DNA of 64,000 nucleotides. It comes from Geosiphon pyriformis uo1. Its lineage: Eukaryota > Fungi > Glomeromycota. Location of the stretch: NCBI GenBank assembly GCA_016748015.1, contig JAAOMT010000003.1, forward strand, positions 252,373-316,372. The letters are read 5' to 3'. Positions 10,819 to 22,800 of this stretch are shown one piece after another. Each line of letters starts with the position of its first letter. Positions within the stretch are counted from its first letter, which is position 1. The notes beneath the pieces were generated by a model, which had not been told where the DNA came from, ran no database searches, and worked only from the letters and a program-made list of their open reading frames with translations. A program made the position numbers and the translations under genes.

Positions 10819-13800
10819 GTAGTTTCATGTGAAAAATTGCTTCATGCAATATTAGAGGGATGAACAATCCTGCTAAGCAAGCTGACGTCATTCGTTGGCA
10901 TAAGGAAATAGACAATATGATCTCAATAATTACCGAAACAAAATTAAAGGGTAGAATTTGTTCTTGGATTGCTGATAGATTTCCTGGAGTATGTGTATTC
11001 ATTTCCAGTCTGGATTCTGGTTATTTAGGTTCTGGTGTGGCAATAGTTATGAATACTGCTCTGGTAAAACATGTATGCAAGATCTCTGAGGTACCCGATT
11101 GGCTTCTTTCTGTTAGGCTGCTTTTCAAAAATAAACTCTTGGTTTCTGTTTTGGGTCTGTATGCTGGCACTTCACCATTAACACACTTTTCGCAAGCAAG
11201 TAATGTAAACATCTTGATTTCTAAGGCTGTAAACGAATCTTTTTTTGTGATTTTGGGTGGCAATTTTAATGAAAATGGCTCCCATAAAAGTGCCAGTTTC
11301 AAAAAGTGTGGTAGCTTGGGCTTGGTCAACTCTCTTGTTGGTAATAATTTTCTAAGAGCTTTAATATGGAGCAATTCTAGAGGTGTGGCAAAGACAATAG
11401 ATTACATATTTGTTTTTTCCAATTTGGTTAACGCAATAGTGGATTGTAGTATTCTGGATGTTGGTAAATTCTTTAATACTGATCACCAATCTATTTCTGT
11501 ATCAGTTAGTTTGGGTGGTTTGCTGAACACATATCTATGTTCACTTCGTAAACAGACCAACAAGAACCATTGGAAGTATAACTTCAAAAATGCTAATACT
11601 GCTTTATAGTTAAAATTCAGGGAGGTGATGGTGGTAAACGCTGCTATGTTTTCTGATGATTTTGTAACTGCCAATGAGCTTTCAGATTTGGATGCCATGT
11701 GAGATGTTATTTGTAAAACAATGCGCTTTTCAGTGGATGAAGTTTTCAAAAAAAAATGGTTTAAGAAATATGATGGAGTTTTCACCAAGAGTTCGTCCAG
11801 GTTGCACAAGCTGGAACTTCTGGTATCTAAATTGGTTAGGGCCTCTTATTTGGTTAATAATGACAATTTTGTCTCATTGCTTAATACTTGGGAGTCACTT
11901 GATTCTGATAATGTGGTCGTGATTAGGTCTCTTTTTCTCTTTGGTTTATCTTTTAATAACATTTGTTCAGCTCTGTCTAAAGTCAGAAAATCTTATCATG
12001 CTTCAAAGTTGTCAGAATCTAAATAAGCCAAGGAATCACAAATCAGATCTGCTATTGAGAAGAGGATGGAGAGCTTTGTGTTTAACAAGAGTCACATTAT
12101 TAAAAGTGTTTTGGAAAGGCCTTTTTACAAGATGGTCTTGGATCATTTGATCATAGGTGATGAGCTAATTTTGGAACCAGACTCTGTCAAATCTAAGATG
12201 GATGAGATTATGGAAGGTTGGACTCGAAAATGCAGTATGGTTCCTAATATCCCAGAAGACTGGTCTCATCAATATTAGCCTTTAGACCATGTTTTTGATA
12301 GTGCTTTTTCTAATGTCATGAGCTGTGTGGGTTTTGATGAGCTGTTTGGTGTGGTCTCAAACCTGCCTGACAGCAAAGCTGCTGGTTTGTTGGGCATTTC
12401 CAATGAACTTTGGAAGCATTGTGATATTTCGGTTCTTGGTATGTTTTTGGTGCTCATTAACTCTTGTCTTTCTGATGAATCTGTGCCCAGAGTTTAAAAG
12501 AAGGCTTGGGTTTCAATAATTCCCAAACCTTATAATTGGGAGGGCATACTCACAAACACTCATCCTATCGCTTTAATTAAAATGACTTGAAAAATTCTGT
12601 CCAAAATTCTTTTCAATAGGATTTCTTTGGCTTGTAGCAAGTTTGATGTTCTTCATGGGGACAATTTTTTAGTGCTCAAAGGCACTATGACTCAGTCTCC
12701 CATATTTGCAATTGGTTCGGTGGTCAAGAATGCTCTTGAAAAGAACTGAGAGCTCTGGCTGATTTTACAAGACATGCGAAAAGCATATGACTTAGTTGGT
12801 TGGGATCATCTTAAGAAGAGTTTAATTAGAATTAAAATGTATAGCAAGTTTATTTGGTTTTTTGGGGGTATTCATGACAGTCGTACCAACCAGGTAATGA
12901 CTGATTTTGGGTTGACAGATGGTTATTGTGTGCATGATGGCTTGGACCAGAAAGAGGTGTTTTCACCTTTTCTTTGACATATATTTTATGATCCTCTTTT
13001 GTATGAAGTCAAGAGACAGGAAAATGTGTGTGATTACAGGCTGAATTCTTATTTCATTGCTAAGACAAGGCCATGTAGAGTCTCAAGCTGGGTCAACAGC
13101 TTTTTTTGCTGCTGATGCTTTTGTGGATAATACAATCTGAGTTGGTAGCAGTTAGGTTGCAAACACAATACATTCTCAATATTGTCAGTGAGTTCTTTCA
13201 GATCAATGACATTTTTATCAACAATGATAAGACAGTGGCCATTCTTATCAACTGCAGAGTTGCGAATTCTTCTTTATTAATCAATGGTGCTCCTATTTCA
13301 GTGGCCAAAAAAGGGGAATCTTATTATTACTTAGGCATTTTTCTCTCCACTAAGGACTTATCATGACCCAGTTTGGCCAAAGCTCATTCAGATGTCTGAT
13401 TTTTTGCCAATCTTGTACTAAGGAAAGCTATCTCTGACAAACAGTTTTCATATCTGGTTTCAGTGGTTCTTCATTCTATTGTCAGTTATAGAATTCAATT
13501 TAGCTTTGTCTCTCTTAGTGTTTGTAGTAAATGGAATGCCTTGATTCGCAAAGGCCTCAAATTCAAAGCTGGACTGTCCCAGGATTTCCTTAATGATGCA
13601 TTCCATCATCCATCCCTTTATGGCTTAAAAACTTTTAAGCAAATTCAAGCTAAATGCAAGTCAGTATCTGTGGTGTGTTTTGCCAATTCTGGTGGAATTT
13701 TGGGACATCTGTTTCTTCATAGGTCTCATGAATTACAGGTTTTAAGCTGGCGCCCCTATTCATCTTTTGGTGTTCCTGGCTTGTCTGAAAATTAGCCTCA

Positions 13801-15506
13801 TAAACAATTTTTTAGTGGGTGTCATTCATATATTTAGAAATTGCAGTTTATTTTTGAGTGATGCTAGACCCAGTGCATTTCAGTTTTGCAATGGTACTCC
13901 CATGTCTTTGGTGCTTGGTGAGTCAAATTTCTCCAGGTGTCTCCTTTCACTTTGATGGTATGGTATTGCCTTTATGGAACAATTATGTGACTGTGAAGGT
14001 GGTGTTTTTGAGTGGGTGACCTTTAAGCATTGAAAGAGGCTGGATCCACGTGGCCCCATTCCTGAATAGTTCGTCTTGTTTATTAAATTTCTGGGTAATG
14101 TGGTAGCTTCTTCTGTGCAAAATCCATTGTCGGGTGATGCTAATGCCTCTAGTGTTTTGAATTCCGTTAAGTTTGGTTTGGTTCGTGATTACTTATCTGG
14201 TCTGAGTGCTGGCTGCATTTCGGTATACACAGACAGTTCTTTGTCTGGCTTGGGATCTGTTAACATGAGGTCTGGTGTGGTGGTTTTCTTTGATGACATT
14301 AACATGGGTATGGGAGTCAAAGTTTCAGATTTAATGTCATCTACACTAGTAGAATTGCAGGCAATAGCACTTGTCCTCAAGTGCGTTCCAGTGTTTAGTA
14401 GTGTTAGTTTGTTCTTAAACAGTCAGGTGGCATTGGATGCTTGCAGATCTGAATTAAGTGTATCTCATCCAGATTTCCGTAATCACTGCTGAGTAGAACA
14501 CCATCATATTGCAAATCTTGTATGCTCGAAGAGGTTGAAAATTACCTGGCATAAGGTTAAGGGCCATTCTGGTAATTTTGGCAATGACCATGCTAATGAG
14601 CTGGCTGGCCATGCTGCTTCCTCTAATTTGATTCTTCCTCCCCGGTTTAATGAAAGATACATCTTGGCTGGTGGTAATATTGTTTCAGGTAATTCTAAAC
14701 ATTTCGTTTGCGACGTTTTTTGTTCTATTCATCATCTGCGCTGGAAGTATGGTTCAGACACCAATGTTATTACTCAAGATTTGTTGGCAGACATTGATTG
14801 GCAGAGATCTGTTTCTGTCTGGCATCCCGATTTGCATATGGCTGCTGGTCCTACTGGTAAACACACTGCTGGCATTCGCACATATTTTATGAAAGCTTTA
14901 CATCACAGGCTGTCTGTTGCTGTTCACAAATGCCTTTATGATAGAGGTTACCCAAGTGTGATCTGCTTATTTTGTGGCTGTGTGGAGGTCTCTGACCATG
15001 TTTTTTTCTGTAATACTGATGCTGCTACTCGTGTTCATCTTTTGGGGAACTACGCAATGATTTGGAAGAATATTTCCAGCCTTTGTTGTTCCACTTCTAG
15101 TGTGTTACAATTTTTGTTCTCTTGTGTTTTAAACACTTCGCTCCGTATTGCTTTGTGCAAAGGATTTGTTTTTAAAAAGTGGTTTCATGAAGCAGTCTCT
15201 GTGTTTGGTGATTCTAAGAGTGCTAGTGTGAAAGTTGTGAACTTTGTGCATGTTCTGTGTCTTGTTTTTAAAGATGAAATTTGGTCAGTCTGTGTTAAGT
15301 ATTGTGTCTTTATGGAAAAGCGTAATTTGATCTCTCGTGACAGTTTTTTGCCTAATTCTAAATCTGGTCTATCTTTTGTTTACTCTGCTGGGATTATCAA
15401 ATTGTTGGGTATTGATGTTGCCTTAGGTGTTAATTTTGGTTTTCATAAGTTTAGTTTGTTTATTTCTGATGCTTTTGATATGGTTTTTGTTAGTATAAGT
15501 GCTTAA
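10815..15506 (+). pseudogene. LINE-a ORF2: AP endonuclease, RT, RNase H, C-terminal Cys/His finger; many stops and frameshifts
   Basis: CNIRG, TETKL, LGGNFN, TIDYIF, TDH (APE); QDMRKAYD, GLDQ, FVDN (RT); YTDSS, ELQA, KVKGHSG..GNDHAN (RNase H); CLFCGCVEVSDHVFFC. Confidence 0.92.
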
Positions 15507-16298
15507 TATTGTCTTGATTGGCCTGAGTGGCTGGTCATGTGTGGAAAACACATGATTTGCACCTAATTTAGATCAATTATTTGATGTATTTTATTAGTTA
15601 GTGTTTGGACTTCACTCAATAAACATAAAAAAAAAAAAAAAAAAAATTTAAATTATATAGTTAAAATAAATTCTAATAAATAAATAAAATCCAAATAATT
15701 TGGTTTTTTTGTAATTTTTGTAAATAAAAATGGTTTAAATACTTCTGTTAAATTTTCAAAAATTTTTATTGCAATTGTTAGTTGTAAACTTAATTTTATT
15801 AATAATTAATAATAATATCTAATTTTAAAAAGTTTTATGTCTGTAAGAATTTAATTTTTAAGTTATTTAAATAAATTTTTTTTCAATGTTTTTTAAAATA
15901 AAATACATATATGTGAATTCATTATAAAAAATTTTTTGATTTTAATTAAATTAGTAATTATTAACTTTTAATTTAATAAATAAATTTTAAAAAATTATTT
16001 ATTTTAATTAATTATAGTTTTTACAAAAAATTTAGATTTTTTAACCAATTTTTGCTTTAAATATTGTAAAATAAACAAAAAAATTTTATAATTATATGCT
16101 ACAAGCTTTTAATAATTTAAAATTTGGTTTAATTTTTGTTAATAATTTGGTATTTTTTTTAAGCAGTATTCAATTATTTTAATTTAACTATCACTTATTA
16201 TAATATAATAAATCTAAAATATATGTAACTTATGTTTTAATTATATATAATTAATTAATTTTAAAAAAAATTTATAAATTCTTTGTCTTCTTAATTTT

Positions 16299-18530
16299 AT
16301 GACCACGACCAAAGCAAAGAGTAAAAAAGTTACAACTGATATTTTTTCTGAAATATCTAATAAAATTTCAACCAGAAAGGCTCTTTTTGTTGTAGAAACA
16401 ACTAGGCAGAACGTTTTAAAAATCTTCTCTTTACCTAGTAATTGTGAAAAACTGTCTTTGGTAGCTATTAAAGCAACTTTCTTATTTTTGGCTGGTTTTT
16501 TATTAGTTAAAATTCCCTTAAAGAAACACATTTGGATTAGTCTCAATATTGCCTTTACTCTTTTAAAAAACCCAAAAATTTTTAATAACAGACCAGTCAA
16601 CAAGTTGGTTTTCTCTTCTATAGTTTTAATATCAGATGTTGCTAGCATCTTTTTTTCTCAAAAAAACCAAAAGTTCAGAAAAGTGGAAGCAGTTACTTGC
16701 TTCTGCTATTGTTATACTAAACTTCTTTGTAATTCCAACTGAAATTTTAAATAAGATTTTTACTGTTTTATTCAGCATATTATTTAAGATAAGCCAAGAT
16801 CAATCACTGACTGTGTTGCTAAATGTGGTGCTTTTTAGTAAATTCTTGCCAATTTTAGAAACAAAACAATTATTTTTTATTGAGTTACCTGTTCTTGGAA
16901 ACTAGGCTGATCAAATAGAAACTGATTTATCTCTTTTGGTTTCTAGTATTGCTACTGATAGTACTTGGAAAACCATTACTAGTTATTAAAAATTTGCTGG
17001 ATGAGTGGCCTCTATTTTAGTGTTTAATGCTATTTTTAAGATCAAATTGACTTATATTAAGACTGTTTTCCAGTCTGTACATGGTTTTTTGGAAGCAAAG
17101 TTAGTATTAAAAAACAATATAAAGCTCTTTTATATAGAATTTGCTTTTTAAGTGTTTTTGAAAGCTGTATTTTTGGTTGAGCTTATAAGCACTGTTTATT
17201 TAGCCACTCTTAAAATTGCCAAGTTTCTGGTAGTTTCTGAGTCTGGTTTCTCTTCTGCTGCTATTGTGCTGTATAATATGCTTTTAAGTGTGTCTGTTGC
17301 TAATATTAAAACAGCTCTTAGTGTGTTTGGTAGTGTTACTCATATTGTACTAAAGTCTGCTAACATTTGGCAGTATGTGGTTGTTTATTTTAATAAGTTA
17401 AATTCTACTGTGTCTGCTTTAAATTATTAATTAGTTTTAGTAAACAAAAATAGTGTTAGAATTTTTTTCTTGGTAAATTAGAATAAGACTATTCTGTTTT
17501 ATAATAAATTTAAGGCCAAGTTGGTCAATTTTCTTTCTGGCTGTACAGCTTTTAAAATTAATGATATAATTTTTTAAGTTGGTGATTGGACATGTTTTAT
17601 TCTTTATTCTTCTAAGTCTGGTTACTGTTTTTGATTTGCTCTAATTATATTTAATTCTTAAGCTGATTTGAATTCTACTGTTGTCAAAACTAGTATACTA
17701 AAAAAGTACCATATTTGGTAGAAAATTCCTAGTTGTTGGTGTTATTTTAAGTATCAAAAGTTAAGCTATTTGGCTATGGACTGTAAAATTTTTCTATCTC
17801 TTTTTCTCAAGTCTTCCAAAATATTTATATCACACTTTATTGGCTCTAAGTCTTATGTCAAGGCTTTTGCTTCTTTAAGCTCTTCTGGATTTCTATTTTT
17901 GTTATCTTTTGCTTCTTTTTTAATTGTTATTGGTAATTTTTTAGTGTTATTCTGATTGTTTTTTTTGGAATCTGATTTAACTAAGCTTTCTATTTTGGTT
18001 GAGTCTATTGTTAAGCCTATTGGCTTTCTGGTTACAACTTTTGAATAGTTTATCAATGAAAATTTGATTTCAAGTAGTGCTTTTGGTCTTAAAATTAATA
18101 AGATTTTGGTATATATGGGTTTTTTTAGTAAGACTATTGATAAGCTGAAAAGAGAGATAATCTCTTTAAAAAAAGAGTGCTGCATGGAAAATATTGATAT
18201 ATCTGGTAATTTGAGACATCTGATTAGTATAGATGATGATACATTTTTTAACTTAATGTTTTTTTGGGCTTATAAGCCTGTTCATATCAAAATTGATCTC
18301 TTAAAAACGATTGAATGGCTGGTTGAGTTGGTTCCTAATAGTATTGTTTTGTTTAGTATTATTCAAAAAATGTTGTCTTTGGATAAGTTTTCTTCTGTTG
18401 TATTAACATAGTATAATCTAAACTGGCTCAAGTAGCTGGTTATATATAGAAAGCATGTAAACCATATTTAACTCTAAAATATTTAGTTTATTCCTAATTT
18501 TTAATTAGTGATTAAGTCTTGCTTATTAAA
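16299..18530 (+). mobile_element. ORF1-only non-autonomous retroelement (HAL1-like), decayed
   Basis: One broken reading frame of ~700 codons (16299-18411) aligns block by block with LINE ORF1: IKTALSVFGSV..IWQYVVVYF, SVLVNKNSVRI, FKAKL..GCTAF, TCFI, and a knuckle remnant. There is no ORF2. The stop is followed directly by the LINE 3' tail homolog (18412-18460) and an ATTAAA-type end. Confidence 0.78.
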
Positions 18531-19859
18531 CTTTAATAATAATAAAAATAACTAATTATTTGAATTAATTAAATTAAATTATATAATATTTATTAATAAT
18601 ACACTGATAATTTTTAAAATTATAATTCATTAATAATATATATATAAAATATAAAATTCTTAAATTTAGAAATAATTAAATTATAAATATTAATTAAAAT
18701 AAAATTATTACTTATAACTAAACTTTTTTTTATATTTTACTTTGAATTTAAAATTTAACAACCAAATATGTTTTTTATAGTTAATTATTAAATTATAAAC
18801 AAAATTAACAATATATTAACTAATTTTAATAATAAGCTTAAATTTTAATAAAAAAATTTTAAATCAATCTTTAAAAACAAAACTTTTGATTATAATTATT
18901 ATTATTAAAAATTTTATTTAATTTTTTTAATATTATTTTTAAAAGCTATTCAATTTTTAATATAATATTTATTTTAATATATTAATCAAAATTGTAATTT
19001 TAAAATAATTAATTATAAAAAAAGTTTGGTTTTTTAAAAATAAAGATTTATTTTGTTAATTTATTAATATTATTAACTTAATATATTTTTTTTAAAAAAG
19101 TTTTTTTTTTATATTTTATTATAAAATTATTTCAAGCTTTAATACTTTTTTTACTAATTTTTTATAAATTTTTTAAGATTTAAATATATATTTTAACAAA
19201 TTATAAGTTATTTTAATAAATTATTAAATATTTTAATAAATTTAACAAATTTTTAAATATTTTACAATTTGAAATATTGTATAATTTAATTATTATATTT
19301 AATTATTATATAAATTAAATTATGTAAAAAAGCTTTATTATGTATTTAAGCTTTAAGAGTTTTAAAAAATTAAAAATTAAAAATTAAATTTATTATTTTT
19401 AAGCATAAAAAAAGCTTTATTAATAATAAAAAATATTTTATTAAAAATATTTTTAAATACTTTTTTATAAAATAGATTTAAATTATTCAATTATAAAAAA
19501 TAAATTGATTTTAAATTTTAATAAAATTAAGTTTAAAATAAATAAAATTATAAAAAATTAAACAAAAAAACTGTATTAAATATAATTTTTAATTTATAAT
19601 ACTATTAATATTTTTATTAATTTATATTATAAATATTAAGTTTATTGTTTTAATTAAAACTGTTAAAAAGATTTTTTTAAATTTTTTTAAATTGTATTTT
19701 AACTGTTATTATAGTTTGAAAATTTAATAAAAATTATAAAATAATATAAATTATTCAATTAAAATATAACATAATAATAATTATAAAAAATTAATAATTT
19801 ACATAATAATTATTATTATAAAATATTAATAATAAGCATTATTTTACAATAGTAATAAA

Positions 19860-22800
19860 TTTTTATTTTATAAATATAATTTAATTACTATTTAAAGTAC
19901 TACAATCAAATAAAATTCTAAATTAAGCATAGCTTATATTTTTTTTTTATATAACTAATTATTCAGACCAACTAAAACAACACTATATATTTATATTACT
20001 AATAATTATAAAACTACTAAAAAAACTAAATAATATTAAAAACAAAGCATATTTTAGACCAAAATTAACATAAATACTTAATTTTAAGTCAAATTTATAA
20101 ACTATAGCCAAAAACTATACTAATAACAGACCAAAAATTCAAGAATTTTTAAACTATTTGCTAAAATTAGATTTAGCTTCTTATAATAAACTTGTATTTT
20201 AGTATTAAGTAATTATATGTTAGATTAATAATTTTTAACAAAACTATATACAAAACTAATTATTCTTTAAATTGTATCTAATTATGGTTTAATTATTAAC
20301 ACAACTTTTAACAATTAATTTATAAAAACAAAGCTCTTAACTAATATTATATAATTCAACTCTAATAAAATATTTGGCCACTATAAAAACATTAGCAAAA
20401 ATTTTCAATAACTTAGTTCAATTAAAAATAATACTTAAAATAATCTTATTTTTTATATTAAGATTTAATATATACAGAAATATATAATTAGAGTTTTTTA
20501 ATAAACTATAACAAATACAATTTACATCTAAATATTCTGAATTATACAACTTTTTTCTTATTACAACTAGTAAACAGTAATATAAAGTCTTTATAAAATA
20601 AGATCATAATACAATAAATAATACACTAATAAAACTAAATTATATATGACTATCAGAATACCAAATATTAAAAGTCTTATGTATATTAAACTTACTATAT
20701 AATATTCTTTTCAATATATAATTAGTGTATTTGGCTTTCTAATTTACATATACAACAAACTTAAACAGATTTTTAATAAAACAACAAATATTTTCAAAAA
20801 CTGGCCTACTTTTAACATATAAAAATTTAAATTTTATATCTAAAAACAAAACAAAAAAAACTAAGTATTTATATTCACAAAAAAATTAACTTTCTTATTG
20901 CTTATATTCTCTAAATAATTTTTAATCTTTCTTTATATTATTAATAAATTCTTTAATATGACAATTTTACAAATATATTTTTATTTAATTTAGCACTTAT
21001 TTCAAAAATTAAGGCCAATACAATTTGTAACTAATCTATATATATTCAAAAATACTTGATTGTTTATAAACAAAATAACCAAACTTAAAACTGAAACATA
21101 TTTGAAAACAAGAACTATAGCCTATAATTTGGCTAGAATTAAGAACAATAAACCCAAAACTTTAATATTAATACTTAAATTAATTTCAAAAAAGTATATA
21201 ACAATATTATTACAAACTTTTATAAATTCAAAATACATGACCAAATTATCAGTATACAAACTTATTTGACTTAATTCAATACTTAATAAATAATCTTTAA
21301 CAAATTCAAAATTATAAAAAACTGTTATTAAATAAAACTAAATAGCCAAAGTACATTTATTAATTAGATTATTAATCATAATAAACTTGACCAAAAACTT
21401 AAACCAAGCTAAAACTAAATCTCTAAAACTGAGCTTTTTTTATCTATAAAATCTGTTTTAAATTATATATTTATTATATCAATTCAAAAGCTGATTAATA
21501 AACAAAATTCTAAACTTTTTTAATAACATAATTACACTTGTATAAATTTTTAAGTTTAGTACATCAGTAATAAGAATACTATTTTCAAACTTAATTATAT
21601 TAAACAACTTATTTTCTAAAAATAATTTACACAATAATAGTATATTTATAATATCAACCAAAAAATTGTTTATAAAATTAATCTACAATCTAATCAAAAA
21701 TTAGAAAAAATGCTAAAATATTCAACTAACTGTCTGCAAATTTATTGTCCCATACAAAAAAAATCACTTAAAATGCTCTTAGTATTAGCAAAATTAATAA
21801 AACCAACAACCAAATTTTCAGATTGTATTTGTTCAAATAATTTTAAATTATACAGAATTAGATGTAAAATAGTCTTAATAGAAAAATTTTTTAGCAAGTT
21901 AGCTTTTAACTTAAGTTTTTTTTTCAATAATCTATTTTATTTATCATATATACTCTTAAAAATATAATTAAATTGTATTTTATAACTAATAATAAACTAC
22001 AATACAATAAAAACCAAATACAAATATTGTTTCTTCAAAATATTTTTTTTCAAGACTATATTTAAAAAAAATCTGATATTAAAATAAATCTTGATTAGAC
22101 TTGGTTTGAATAAACCACTAGTTAATAAAAAAATACTAAGTATTTATAAAATTTTTTTTTTTTGGTTACTGAAATCTTTGTACTATTGATGTATAGTAAA
22201 ATTTTTTTTATTTTTTGGTTAATTAAAAATAACAACTGTTTTATTAACATTAATTAAAATATTATTAATAAAAAAAAACTTACTTACAATATCTAAAATA
22301 TATTAAGTTGTTATTATACTATTTTTAATTCAAATAATATTATCCACAAAAATATCTGCAGCAAAAAAAAAAGTCTTGTTATTCTTAAAATTAATTTTGT
22401 TAGATCTTGTAAAAAATTTAAAGTTTATTTTGTAATCATACAGATGTTTATGCTTTTTAATTTTGTAAAACAAAAAATTATAAAAAATTAAGATGAAAAA
22501 ATCTCTTTTAGATCTAGCTTATTATAAACAACATATTTATCTAAAAGCCCAAAATTTGTTATAATTCAATTAATTTTTCTATTATAAATATTCTTAAAAA
22601 TTTTAATGAAGTGTTTACACATTTTAATTTTAATAAGATCATTATATAATTAATATCATTAAACTAAATTATAAGCTTTGTGTATATTCTGCAAAACCAA
22701 CTACAATTCTTTATTTTTTTTAAAGCATTTTTAACTACAAACTTTATAACAAAAATTAGAGTCTATATTGCAATATTTTTAAGCATTAAAAAATTGTTTT

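Larger units (their letters stand above)
8843..15646 (+). mobile_element. LINE-a: full-length decayed non-LTR retrotransposon (ORF1; ORF2 APE-RT-RNase H-zinc finger; poly(A) tail)
   Basis: Its 5' UTR is homologous to 45981-46130 (approximate 5' end). ORF1 and ORF2 fragments are in order. AATAAA at 15618 and A20 at 15627-15646. Confidence 0.93.

Noticed and set aside
10815-15506. Alternative genetic code (TGA=Trp)
   Set aside because: Trp positions show TGA, TAG and TAA variably between copies, and host genes use TGG; this is explained by G>A decay.
15516-15554. Hammerhead ribozyme in the LINE tail (CTGAG..GAAA)
   Set aside because: It lacks the CUGANGA core and three-stem junction; the motifs lie in hairpin loops.
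8820-15670. Target-site duplication of LINE-a (AAATTATA on both sides)
   Set aside because: Expected by chance in such AT-rich flanks.
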